NCBI GenBank assembly: GCA_025927545.1
Contig: JAICLE010000003.1
Location: forward strand, 20,923 to 84,922
Source of the DNA: Gemmatimonadales bacterium
GTDB lineage: Bacteria > Gemmatimonadota > Gemmatimonadetes > Gemmatimonadales > GWC2-71-9
Direction: 5' to 3'
DNA: 64,000 bases
The notes below the pieces were generated by a model, which searched no databases, was not told where the DNA came from, and saw only the letters and a program-made list of their open reading frames with translations. This document shows, piece after piece, positions 16,875-26,047 of the stretch (position 1 is its first letter; each line of letters starts with the position of its first letter). A program made the translations under genes and the position numbers.

Positions 16875-19800
16875 ATGGCGGCGGACGGCTTCCTCACCCC
16901 CCAGCCAGGGACGCGCGATCAGCCGTTCCCCTCGCCGTCCTATCTTCTCGCGCTGCGCCAGGGCGGGCTGCGGGACGATCTGATCGCGCTCGCCGCGGCG
17001 CGCGGGGTGCCCGGCTGGTTCGACCCACCGCTCTGCACCTTCCACGACCTGCCCGACTGGCTCGGCGGCACCGAGCGCAAGCCGTGCGACGACTTCGAGC
17101 GCGCTGTGATCCTGGGTGGCGTGCTCCGCCGGCTGGGCGGTGAGGTGTTCGGACGGATGCACCGGGCGGAGGACTTCATCGGCGCGGTGGACCGGCTGTT
17201 CGGGGAGCTCATCGCCGAAGGGGTCGAGCCGGATGGGTTCCGGGCGTCGCTCGAGGGCTGCGGCCAGCGCGACCAGTTCGAGCGGCAACGCGACAGCGAA
17301 CTGGCCATTGCGTACGCGGAATACGGCGCGGCACTCGGGGCAAAGGGGCGGCGCGACGGGCGGGACGCATGGCTCGATTGCGCGCGCGCCATTGCGGCCG
17401 ATCCCGAGGGGCTGCTGCGGCGGCTCGGGGGCAGGCGGGAAATCCGGCTGCTCGGATTGCAGGACCTCCGCGGTGGGTGGCGGAGGCTGCTGCGGGCGCT
17501 CGCAGCGACGCCGGAGCTCCACCGGGTGGTGATCTATTCGTGGGGCGAGCTGGACCTGGGCGAGGGTATCGAAGTTGAGGTCCGGCGCGCGGATTCGCCT
17601 GGCGCCGGGAGCGCGACGCCGGCCGGGACCGTGCAGGTGATCTCCGCCCCCGATGTCGAGCGCGAGCTGGAGCTCGTGGCCACCCGCGTCCGCGCGCTCG
17701 TGGATGGCGGCACGCCGCCCGCGCGCATCGCGGTGGTGACCCGGCAGGCGCGGCCGTACGTGGACCTGGCGCTCACCGCCCTCGACAAGGCCGCCGTGCC
17801 GGCCACGGCGCGCCGCCGCATCGCGCTGTGCGAGGTGCCGGTGGTGCGCGCGCTCCGCGCCCTCCTGGCCGCCGCGGCCGACGGCTGGTCGCGCCACGGA
17901 CTGGTGGAGCTGGCCGACCAGCCCTGCGCCGCCACCGAGCTGGACGCGCGGATTCTCAACTTCGCCGGTTTCCGCCGCCGGGTGCGCGGGCTCCGCGCGT
18001 GGCACCAGGCGCTCGGGGAGCTGGTGACCGACGCCCGGCGCGAGGACGAGCGGAGGCGCGCCGGGGAGGAACCCGACGACCATCGGAAGCCGCTCCCGCC
18101 GTTGCTGCGCTGCGAGCGTGCCGCCGCGCAGTTCGAGCGCTTCGCCGAGCGCGCGGCCGCGCTGGACGGCACGCACACGCTCCGGCACTGGCTCGGCTGG
18201 CTGGACGATTTTCTCACCGCCGACCCGTGGCACCTCCGCGAACTCATCTACCAGGTCCCCGGCCGCCGGTTCGACATCGTCCGGCTGGACCTGAACGGCT
18301 GGCGGGGGCTCACGGACATCGTGCGGGGCTGGCGCGCGGCGCTCGACGAGTGGGGCGGCGCCAACGCGCCGATCGACGTCGCCGAGTTCTACCGCCAGTT
18401 CTCCGACCTGCTCGACGGCGATGTCGCCCTCTGGACCGAGACGCAGCGCGGGGTGCAGGTCCTGGAAGGTCTGGCCGCGGCCTACCGCACGTTCGATCAC
18501 ATGTTCCTCGTGGGCCTCGAGGCCGGGCGGTTCCCGCTGCCGGCGTCCACCTCGCCGATTCTCGACGAGCGCGAGCGGCAGGTGCTGCATGAGGCCGGAC
18601 TTCCGCTCGAGCTGCGGGCGACCTGGGACGCCCGCGAGCGCGAGCTGTTCGGCGTGCTGGTCGCGGGCGCGAAGCGGCTCACCGTCTCCTACGCCAGACT
18701 CGATCCCTCCGGCCGCGAGGTGGTCCGCTCCGCGCTGGTCGAAGAGCTGGGTGACACCTGCCTGCTCACGGGGGCGGAGGAGGGCGAGGAGATCCCCGCG
18801 TCGTGCGTTTCCATCCCGGGTATCCGGCTCTACGCCGCCCCCGAGCTGCGCGAGCAGGCCGTCCACGCCGCGCGAATCGAATGGGGGCGCCGGAGCCGCG
18901 ACCCCTCGCCCTGGAACGGGCTGATCGAGGACCCGGCGCTCGTCGCGCACCTCGCGCGGGAGTTCGGGGACGACCGGCTCTGGAGCCCGACCCAGCTCGA
19001 GTCCTACGCCAAGTGTCCCTGGTCCTATCTCTCCGCCCGACTGCTGGGCCTCGACCGCCTGGGCGATCCCGACGAGGAGATGGACGCCGCCACCCGGGGC
19101 TCGCTGCTGCACGACGCACTCGCGCGCTTCTACGGCCGCGCGCAGGAGCGGACGGCCGCCCCGGTCTTTCTCCGGGCAATCGATCTGGGCTGGGCGCGGC
19201 CGTTGATGGTCCAGGCGATGGACGATTCGCTCGCCGACGCCCGCGGCCACAGGTGGCTCGGCAACGGCCTGCTGCTCCCCGCCAAGCGGGAGGAGCTGCG
19301 GCGCATGCTCGAGCGGTTTCTCGACTGGGAGGTGCAGGAACACGAAGACATGGAGAACCCGAAGAAGAAGAACGCGCCTCGCATGGTGCGGACCGCCGTC
19401 ACCGGTCACGAGGTCGCGTTCCATGACATCGTACTCGACCGGGGTGGCGTGCGCTTCCGCTTCCGCGGCTCGGTGGACCGGGTCGAAGTCGGCGTGGATG
19501 AGCGCATCGACAACCCCGGACGGTTCATCGCGGCCGTGGACTACAAGACAACGAAGTACGCCGTCCCCGGTGCCGGCGCGAAGGAGGCCTGGGGTGACGG
19601 CGTGGTGCTTCAGGTGCCACTCTACGCCTACGCACTTTCCCTGGTGCGGCCCGGAAGCGAGACCGCCCGCGTCGAGTACCGCGCCCTCAGGAAGCCGGAA
19701 TCGGTGCACGCGCTCGAGCTGTATCAGTTCGACCAACGTACCGGCGGCGCGGTACACAACGAGGCCGCCGCCGAGCTGATGGAGGCGGCGCTCGACCAGG

Positions 19801-19937
19801 TCGCCCACCACGTGCTCCGGGCCCGGCGCGGCGAGTTTCCGGCGTCGCCGCCGGACTCCTGTGGCTGCCCCGAGTTCTGCCATGCGATCGAGATCTGCCG
19901 GACGGCCGGCGGTCCCCGCCGGAACGGCTGGAAATGA
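16875..19937 (+). CDS. AddB-like helicase-nuclease subunit (PD-(D/E)XK nuclease, no Walker A)
   Basis: C-terminal nuclease has AAVDYKTTK, QVPLYAYAL and Cys signature SYAKCPWSY ... CGCPEFCHAIEIC. The true start is probably upstream: the frame is open from 16749, and a CTG at 16824 is preceded by AGGAAGG. Confidence 0.85.
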   Translation: MAADGFLTPQPGTRDQPFPSPSYLLALRQGGLRDDLIALAAARGVPGWFDPPLCTFHDLPDWLGGTERKPCDDFERAVILGGVLRRLGGEVFGRMHRAEDFIGAVDRLFGELIAEGVEPDGFRASLEGCGQRDQFERQRDSELAIAYAEYGAALGAKGRRDGRDAWLDCARAIAADPEGLLRRLGGRREIRLLGLQDLRGGWRRLLRALAATPELHRVVIYSWGELDLGEGIEVEVRRADSPGAGSATPAGTVQVISAPDVERELELVATRVRALVDGGTPPARIAVVTRQARPYVDLALTALDKAAVPATARRRIALCEVPVVRALRALLAAAADGWSRHGLVELADQPCAATELDARILNFAGFRRRVRGLRAWHQALGELVTDARREDERRRAGEEPDDHRKPLPPLLRCERAAAQFERFAERAAALDGTHTLRHWLGWLDDFLTADPWHLRELIYQVPGRRFDIVRLDLNGWRGLTDIVRGWRAALDEWGGANAPIDVAEFYRQFSDLLDGDVALWTETQRGVQVLEGLAAAYRTFDHMFLVGLEAGRFPLPASTSPILDERERQVLHEAGLPLELRATWDARERELFGVLVAGAKRLTVSYARLDPSGREVVRSALVEELGDTCLLTGAEEGEEIPASCVSIPGIRLYAAPELREQAVHAARIEWGRRSRDPSPWNGLIEDPALVAHLAREFGDDRLWSPTQLESYAKCPWSYLSARLLGLDRLGDPDEEMDAATRGSLLHDALARFYGRAQERTAAPVFLRAIDLGWARPLMVQAMDDSLADARGHRWLGNGLLLPAKREELRRMLERFLDWEVQEHEDMENPKKKNAPRMVRTAVTGHEVAFHDIVLDRGGVRFRFRGSVDRVEVGVDERIDNPGRFIAAVDYKTTKYAVPGAGAKEAWGDGVVLQVPLYAYALSLVRPGSETARVEYRALRKPESVHALELYQFDQRTGGAVHNEAAAELMEAALDQVAHHVLRARRGEFPASPPDSCGCPEFCHAIEICRTAGGPRRNGWK

Positions 19938-22900
19938 AGCGGCCGACCGACTCCCAGTGGGAGGCGATCCGCACGACGGACCGGCACCTGCTGGTGTCGG
20001 CCGGCGCCGGTACCGGCAAGACGAGCACCGTCGTCGGCCGCATCCTCTTCCTGCTCGGCGCCGAGATCCGGGGCGAGACCTGCACCGCCCCGCTCGCGCT
20101 GCGTGACATCGGCGCGATCACCTACACCAACGCCGCCGCCGCCGACCTCAAGCGCAAGCTGCGGAAGGAGCTCCGCGCCGCCGGCCGGCGCGATGCGGCC
20201 TATGAAGTGGACTCGGCGAGGATCGGCACGATCCACGGCTTCTGCGGCGATATCCTGCGCGAGTTCGCGCTCAGAGGCGGCTGGAGCCCGTCGGTGCGCG
20301 TGCTGGAGGAGACCGACGGCACGGCACTCGTGGCCGAGTCGGTGCACGACGTGGTGCTGGCGGCGCTGGAGGAGCGGTCGGTCGAGGGACTCGATGGGCT
20401 CTTCGCCGCGTGGCCGGTGGGCAAGGTCGAGGGCTGGGTGTCGGGCCTGGTGGAAGAGAGCGCGCGGCTCGACCGCATCGCCGCCGAGCGGGACGGACTC
20501 GGCGCGCTCGAGCGCTCGGTGGTGGACCTGGCGCAGCTCGCGCGCACGGAGCTCACCCGCCGCCTGCGGGAGGCCGGCGCCGTGGATTTCGATCGGATGA
20601 TCGTCTGGACCCGTGACCTGCTCGCGCGCGATCCGCTCGTCCGTCGGACGCTCCAGCGGCGGCTCCGCACTCTCATCGTGGATGAGTTTCAGGATGTGGA
20701 CCCCGCGCAGCGGGAGATCGCCTACCTGCTCGGTGAGCCGGCCTCCGGTCGCGCCGACACCACGCGGCTCATGCTCGTGGGCGATCCGAAGCAGAGCATC
20801 TTCCGGTTTCGGCGGGCCGACGTGACGGTGTGGCGCCAGGTGGAAGACGACTTCGCCGGCCGTGGACTCGGCGCGGTGGTGGCGCTGGCGGACAACTTCC
20901 GGAGCGTGGAACCCGTGCTGGCGTTCGTGGACGCGACGGTGGGGAAGGTTCTCGACGCGCCGATCGACGGCAAGGCGCCGCAGCAGTTCGAGGTCGCGTA
21001 TCAGGCGGTCCGGGCCGCACGCGCCGCGGCGGCGCCGGCGACGGACGAGGCGCCGGTGGAATTGCTCTTCGTCACCGCCGCGGACGGCGAGAAGCCGAAT
21101 GCGCTCGAGCTCCGCGCGGCGGAGGCCGCCGCCACCGCGCGCCGGGCCCGTGAGCTGAACGCACGAGGGCTCGACTGGCGGGAGATGGCGGTGCTCCTGC
21201 CGGTCTGGACGGACGCCGACCTCTACGAGGCGGCGCTCCGGCGTGCGGGCATTCCGACGTACGCGCTCCGCGGCGAAGGCTTCTACGGCCGCCGCGAGGT
21301 GCTCGACCTGATCCTCGCGCTCGAGGCCCTGCGCGACCCGCGCGACGACCGCGCGCTGCTCGGCTTTCTCCGAAGCCCCTTCGTTGGCCTGCGGGACGAG
21401 ACGCTGCTCGAAATCGCCCGCCAGGCCGACCAACCCTACTGGGACTATCTCGACATCGTCGAGGTGAAGGAGCAGCCGCGGCTCGACCGTGCGCGGGCGT
21501 TGCTCGAGGAGCACGTCGCCCTCCGCGACCGGATCCCGGCCGACCGCCTGCTCGAGCACCTGCTCGACCGGAGCGGCTATCTCGCCCACCTGCACGTGCT
21601 CGGCGCGGGGGCCGAGCAGGCGCTCGCCAACGTACGCAAGTTCGTCCGCATCGCCCGGCTCTCGCCCGAGGCGAGCGTCGGCGACTTCCTCCGTGCGCTG
21701 CGCGAGGCGCGTGACCGCGGGGTGCGCGAGGGCGACGCGCGGCTCTACGGCGAGGGCGAGAACGTCCTCACCATCACCTCGATCCACAGCGCGAAAGGCC
21801 TCGAGTGGTCCGTGGTGTTCTGGTGCGACCTGCTCCGGAAGCCGCAGGGCGTGACGGGCGACGTCCTCGTGGGCCGTGACCGGATCGTGCTGCGCGACCC
21901 CGAGTGCGAGGCGAAGGATCAGCCGCTGCACTACCTGTCGCTCAAGCACGACGAGGAAGCCGAGCAGTGCGCCGAGCGGAAGCGGCTCTGGTACGTCGCG
22001 GCGACGCGGGCGAAGGACCGGCTGATTCTTTCGGCGTTGTGCGAGGGAAAGCCTCCCCGCCTGTGTCCCGCCGAGGCGATCCTCGGCGAGCTGGGCGGGA
22101 TCGCGCGGGTGGGCGGCGAACGGGTTGCCTACGTCGGACGGGACGGCAAAACGTTCGATGCGAGCGTGCGAACCTGTGACGTGGGCGAGACGGAGCCTCG
22201 GCCGGCGCCCGGCGCGGCGGTGCGGAATGGCCGGTTCGAGCCCGGCCCGCTTCCCGACCTCCTGTCCCCGGTTGTAATCCAGGCCGGCCGGACGCGCCAT
22301 TCGGCGACCGAGCTGATGCTCCATGCCCGCTGCCCGCAGCGACACTGGTTCCGCTTTGTCGCGGGGGTCCGCGAGCCGCCGGTGGACCGATCGCGACCCG
22401 AGTACACCAGCGCGATCGCCAGGGGGCAGATCGTGCACGAGGTGCTCGAGCGGCTCGACCGGGACGACGCGCTCGACGCGCTGCTCGACGCGGCCATTGG
22501 CCGCTGGCAGCCGGAAGATGCCGCGCCCGATGCGTCGCCCCGGCGTACGCTCCGCGACGAGCTGCGTGCCGAGGTGTTGGCCGTCGCCCATGATCCCGGG
22601 TACCGCGCGCTCGCCGACCAGCCCACCGCCCGGCGGGAGCTACCCTTTCTCGCGATCCTCGGCGCCGATGAGGTGGCGGAGGGCAAGGTGGATCTCGTGG
22701 CGCTCGAGGGAGACCGGCTGGCCGTTCTCGACGTAAAGACCGGCGGTGGCGATGCCGAGGAGGCGCACCGCAAGGCGCGGCAGTACGATCTGCAGCGGGA
22801 CACCTACGTGATCGCGCTCGAACGGATCGGCGGCATCCCGGTCGGACGGTTCGCGTTCCAATTTTCGGCGGCCGGTCTGCAAATCTCGGAGGCGATCACC

Positions 22901-23071
22901 GCCGAGGCGAGGCGCGCGGCGGCAGCGGAAATCCCGCGAATCATGGCGCACATGGGCGTGGGACGGCCGGGCCTCGCGCGGGATCCCGAGGACTGCCGCT
23001 GGTGCGGGTACAAGCGCGTGGGGTGGTGCGGCGGCGTCCCCGCGGCCGGCGACTCGCCTGGCAGCGAATGA
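19934..23071 (+). CDS. AddA-like UvrD/Rep-family helicase with C-terminal PD-(D/E)XK nuclease
   Basis: Helicase motifs GAGTGKT, VDEFQD, GDPKQSIFRFRRAD, SIHSAKGLEWSVVF, YVAATRAKDRL. Nuclease motifs VDLVAL...LDVKTGG, QRDTYVIAL. The ATGA overlap at 19934-19937 couples it to the upstream gene. Confidence 0.9.
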   Translation: MKRPTDSQWEAIRTTDRHLLVSAGAGTGKTSTVVGRILFLLGAEIRGETCTAPLALRDIGAITYTNAAAADLKRKLRKELRAAGRRDAAYEVDSARIGTIHGFCGDILREFALRGGWSPSVRVLEETDGTALVAESVHDVVLAALEERSVEGLDGLFAAWPVGKVEGWVSGLVEESARLDRIAAERDGLGALERSVVDLAQLARTELTRRLREAGAVDFDRMIVWTRDLLARDPLVRRTLQRRLRTLIVDEFQDVDPAQREIAYLLGEPASGRADTTRLMLVGDPKQSIFRFRRADVTVWRQVEDDFAGRGLGAVVALADNFRSVEPVLAFVDATVGKVLDAPIDGKAPQQFEVAYQAVRAARAAAAPATDEAPVELLFVTAADGEKPNALELRAAEAAATARRARELNARGLDWREMAVLLPVWTDADLYEAALRRAGIPTYALRGEGFYGRREVLDLILALEALRDPRDDRALLGFLRSPFVGLRDETLLEIARQADQPYWDYLDIVEVKEQPRLDRARALLEEHVALRDRIPADRLLEHLLDRSGYLAHLHVLGAGAEQALANVRKFVRIARLSPEASVGDFLRALREARDRGVREGDARLYGEGENVLTITSIHSAKGLEWSVVFWCDLLRKPQGVTGDVLVGRDRIVLRDPECEAKDQPLHYLSLKHDEEAEQCAERKRLWYVAATRAKDRLILSALCEGKPPRLCPAEAILGELGGIARVGGERVAYVGRDGKTFDASVRTCDVGETEPRPAPGAAVRNGRFEPGPLPDLLSPVVIQAGRTRHSATELMLHARCPQRHWFRFVAGVREPPVDRSRPEYTSAIARGQIVHEVLERLDRDDALDALLDAAIGRWQPEDAAPDASPRRTLRDELRAEVLAVAHDPGYRALADQPTARRELPFLAILGADEVAEGKVDLVALEGDRLAVLDVKTGGGDAEEAHRKARQYDLQRDTYVIALERIGGIPVGRFAFQFSAAGLQISEAITAEARRAAAAEIPRIMAHMGVGRPGLARDPEDCRWCGYKRVGWCGGVPAAGDSPGSE

Positions 23072-24144
23072 AGTCGCCCAAGGTCCAGCGCTGGATCGAC
23101 CTCCTGGCCGCGCTCCTCACCCGACGCTTTCCCGTCACGCTCGACGACCTCACCCGCGAGGTTCCGGCCTACGGGAAGGGCCAGGCCAAGGAGGCGCTGC
23201 GGCGGATGTTCGAGCGCGACAAGGACGAGCTGCGCGCGTTCGGCGTGCGGATCGAGACGGTCGAGATGCCGGAGGACGATGCCGTCGGTTACCGGCTGCT
23301 CGCCCGCGACTTCTACCTGCCCTATCTCGCGCTCATGGAAGAGGGCCGGCCGAGCAAGCCGCGCAAGCTGGGCACATACGGGTACGGCGCGCTCCCGACG
23401 GTCACCTTCGAGCCCGACGAGCTGGCCGCCGTGGCCGACGCGGGCGCGCGCGTTCGCGAGTTGGGTGACCCGCTCCTGGCCGAGCACGCCGAGTCGGCGC
23501 TCCGGAAGCTCGCCGTGGACCTGCCGCTCGATGCCGCGCGGCCCGGCGATGCCCGGATAGCGCCCCCCCCGCCCGTTGCCGACCCGCGGGTCTTCGAGGT
23601 CCTCGGCTCCGCGCTGGAGCACCGGAAGCGGGTGCAGTTCGAGTATCACGCGATGGGTGACGATGCCACCGGCCGGCGGGAGGTCGAGCCGTACGGCCTC
23701 TTCTTCCTGAATCAGCACTGGTATCTCGCCGCGCGTGCCGAGGGCGAAGCGATCGTCAAGAACTACCGGCTCAGCCGGATCAGCGGACCGGAGGAGAACG
23801 CGAGCAGGCCCGGCACCCGGGACTACGAGATTCCCGCCGGCTTCCGGCTCCAGGAGCACGCCCGTTCGAGACAGGCATGGGAGCTGGGCGACGGGGACGC
23901 GGTCGACGCCGTCGTCGAGATCCGTCGCGCCGATGGGGCGGCGCTGGCCGCGGCGCGCCTCGGCGATCCCGTCCCCGATCAGCCGGACCGGCGGCGTTTC
24001 CTGGTCCGCCGGCGCGACGCGTTCGCCCGGTGGCTGCTCTCGTTCGCGGGCGACGTCGTGCCGCTCGCGCCCGCGGACCTGGTGGCCGAATACGCCGAGC
24101 TGGTTCGGCGCACCCTCGCGCTCTACCGGCAGCCGGCCTCGTGA
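23068..24144 (+). CDS. PafB/PafC-type HTH-WYL transcriptional regulator (first of pair)
   Basis: QRWIDLLAALLTRRFPVTLDDL...RRMFERDKDELRAFGVRIETV (PafBC-type wHTH). WYL core FFLNQHWYLAARAEG. The ATG at 23068 overlaps the addA-like stop (ATGA). Confidence 0.85.
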   Translation: MKSPKVQRWIDLLAALLTRRFPVTLDDLTREVPAYGKGQAKEALRRMFERDKDELRAFGVRIETVEMPEDDAVGYRLLARDFYLPYLALMEEGRPSKPRKLGTYGYGALPTVTFEPDELAAVADAGARVRELGDPLLAEHAESALRKLAVDLPLDAARPGDARIAPPPPVADPRVFEVLGSALEHRKRVQFEYHAMGDDATGRREVEPYGLFFLNQHWYLAARAEGEAIVKNYRLSRISGPEENASRPGTRDYEIPAGFRLQEHARSRQAWELGDGDAVDAVVEIRRADGAALAAARLGDPVPDQPDRRRFLVRRRDAFARWLLSFAGDVVPLAPADLVAEYAELVRRTLALYRQPAS

Positions 24145-25088
24145 GCGACACCGCCACCGCGCAGCTCCGCCGCATTCTCCAGGTCATCCCGCAGCTCGGC
24201 GATGGCGAGCCGCACCCGATCGCCGAGGTGGTCGAGCGGGCGGGCGTCGACCGTGCCGTGCTGCTCAGGGACCTGCGGACGATCACCGAGCGGCTCGAGG
24301 TGCCGGGCGGGTTCGTGGAAGGTCTCCAGATCTTTCTCGATCCCGAGACCGTGGCCATCAACCCGTCGCACTTCCTGCGTCCCATGCGGCTCAACCGCCC
24401 GGAGCTCTGCGCGCTGGAGCTGGGCCTCGCGATGCTGAGGGGCTCGCGCCCCGCCGAGGAGCATCGCGCGATCGACCGGGCCCGTGACCGCCTCCGCCGC
24501 GCCATCTCCGCCGCGGGTTCCTCGGGGGACGACGATCGCTTCGCCTCCCTCGGCCCGGCCGGCGATCCGGAGCATCTCCGCCGCCTCCGGGCCGCGCATC
24601 GCGACCGGCGCAGGGTCCGGCTCACCTATCGGAAACCGGATGCCGAGGAAGCCGCCAGCCGGCTGCTCTGTCCCTACGGCATCGTGTTCACGCGGGGGAT
24701 GTGGTACGTGGTGGCGAACTGCGGTGAGGAAAGCCTGCGGATCTTCCGGCTCGATCGGGTCGAGGGCGTGGAGGTGCTGGAGGAGCGCTACCCGGCGCCC
24801 AGGGATTTCTCGCTCGACGCGGTGGTGCGGGACGGGAAGGCGTTCCAGTCGACGGACGCGGAGACACTGCGGGTGCGCTACTCACCCGCCATCGCGCGCT
24901 GGATCGCCGAGCGCGAGGGCAAAGCGGTGGAGCCCGACGGCTCACTGGTGCTTGAGCATCCGCTGGCGGACGAGGACTGGGCGGTGCGGCATGTCCTGCA
25001 ATACGGGCCGGACGCCGAGGTGCTGGAGCCCCGGGAGGTGCGCGAGGCCATCGTCCGGCGGCTGGCGGGAGTGCGGGTCAGGGGCTAG
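24141..25088 (+). CDS. PafC-type HTH-WYL transcriptional regulator (second of pair)
   Basis: LRRILQVIPQLGDGEPHPIAEVVERAGVDRAVLLRDLRTI...RPMRLNRPELCALELGLAML. WYL core FTRGMWYVVANCGEE. The GTG at 24141 overlaps the upstream stop (GTGA). Confidence 0.82.
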   Translation: MSDTATAQLRRILQVIPQLGDGEPHPIAEVVERAGVDRAVLLRDLRTITERLEVPGGFVEGLQIFLDPETVAINPSHFLRPMRLNRPELCALELGLAMLRGSRPAEEHRAIDRARDRLRRAISAAGSSGDDDRFASLGPAGDPEHLRRLRAAHRDRRRVRLTYRKPDAEEAASRLLCPYGIVFTRGMWYVVANCGEESLRIFRLDRVEGVEVLEERYPAPRDFSLDAVVRDGKAFQSTDAETLRVRYSPAIARWIAEREGKAVEPDGSLVLEHPLADEDWAVRHVLQYGPDAEVLEPREVREAIVRRLAGVRVRG

Positions 25089-25097
25089 GATGCCGGG

Positions 25098-25916
25098 ATG
25101 ACCGATATTACCGACCGATGCCGTGAGTTCCGCCGGCTTCACCAGTCCGGCTGCTTCGTGATTCCCAATCCCTGGGACCCGGGCAGCGCCCGCACGCTCG
25201 CCCGGCTCGGCTTTCCGGCGCTCGCGACGACCAGCTCCGGTTTTGCCTGGTCCCTGGGCCGGCGGGACAACAGCATCCCGCTGGAGACAGTGCTGGTCCA
25301 TCTGCGGGCCATCGCCGAGAGCGTCGAGGTGCCGGTCAACGCCGATTTCGAGGGCGGGTTCGCGATCGAGCCCGCCGAGGTCGGCTCCAACGTTGCCGCG
25401 GCGGCGCGCACGGGGGTCGCCGGCCTCTCCATCGAGGATTCCACCGGCAATCCATCGCGTCCGCTGTTCGACTTCAACCTGGCGGTCGAGCGGATTCGTG
25501 CCGCCCGCCGTGCCATCGACGAGAGCGGCACGGGGGTGCTGCTCACCGGCCGGTCCGAGGGGTTCATCGCCGGCCGGCCCGACCTGCCCGAAACCATCCG
25601 CCGGCTCACGGCCTACGCCGAAGCAGGCGCTGAGTGTCTCTACGCGCCGGGCATCCGCAGCATGGCCGATATCGCGGCGGTCGTGCGGGCGGTGGCCCCC
25701 AGGCCGGTCAACGTGCTGGTCGGGAGCGACTTCGCCACCGTGACCGAGCTGGCCGGGGCGGGCGTCCGCCGGATCAGCGTGGGCGGCGCGCTCGCGCGAG
25801 CGGCCTGGACCGGGTTCCTTGCGGCGGCAAGGGAGATCGCGGAGAAGGGGACGTTTACGAACCTCGGGCGGGCGGTGTCGCACGCGGAACTCGACGGGTC
25901 GTTCGGGGCGGGGTAG
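25098..25916 (+). CDS. Isocitrate lyase/PEP mutase-family enzyme (2-methylisocitrate lyase / phosphorylmutase-like)
   Basis: N-terminus FRRLHQSGCFVIPNPWDPGSARTLARLGFPALATTSSG and the 272-aa length fit the ICL/PEPM family. Confidence 0.85.
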   Translation: MTDITDRCREFRRLHQSGCFVIPNPWDPGSARTLARLGFPALATTSSGFAWSLGRRDNSIPLETVLVHLRAIAESVEVPVNADFEGGFAIEPAEVGSNVAAAARTGVAGLSIEDSTGNPSRPLFDFNLAVERIRAARRAIDESGTGVLLTGRSEGFIAGRPDLPETIRRLTAYAEAGAECLYAPGIRSMADIAAVVRAVAPRPVNVLVGSDFATVTELAGAGVRRISVGGALARAAWTGFLAAAREIAEKGTFTNLGRAVSHAELDGSFGAG

Positions 25917-25960
25917 GGGCGGGTGCCGGCGGGTGACGTTCGCGGGAAAATCACGCCACT

Positions 25961-25987
25961 GTCATCCCTCGCTGCGCTCGGGATGAC
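25961..25987. other. Hairpin element between convergent genes (possible bidirectional terminator / REP-like unit)
   Basis: GTCATCCC (25961-25968) pairs with GGGATGAC (25980-25987) across an 11-nt loop, TCGCTGCGCTC. Confidence 0.4.
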
Positions 25988-26047
25988 GCTTGCCGTCAGG
26001 TTGTGCTGCCTCTCCCGCCTTCCATCCGCTCGCGACCTCCGCCACCG

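Noticed and set aside
16740-19883. 1047-aa ORF on the minus strand covering the whole AddB-like gene
   Set aside because: It is an antisense mirror of a gene with clear nuclease motifs. The translation is Arg/Gly/Pro/Ala-rich and low in complexity, with no motif. Long antisense ORFs like this are expected in ~70% GC DNA because stop codons are rare.
19724-22591. 955-aa minus-strand ORF antisense to the AddA-like helicase
   Set aside because: Same reasoning. The plus frame carries all the UvrD helicase motifs, while the minus-frame product is Arg/Gly/Pro-rich and lacks a recognisable domain.
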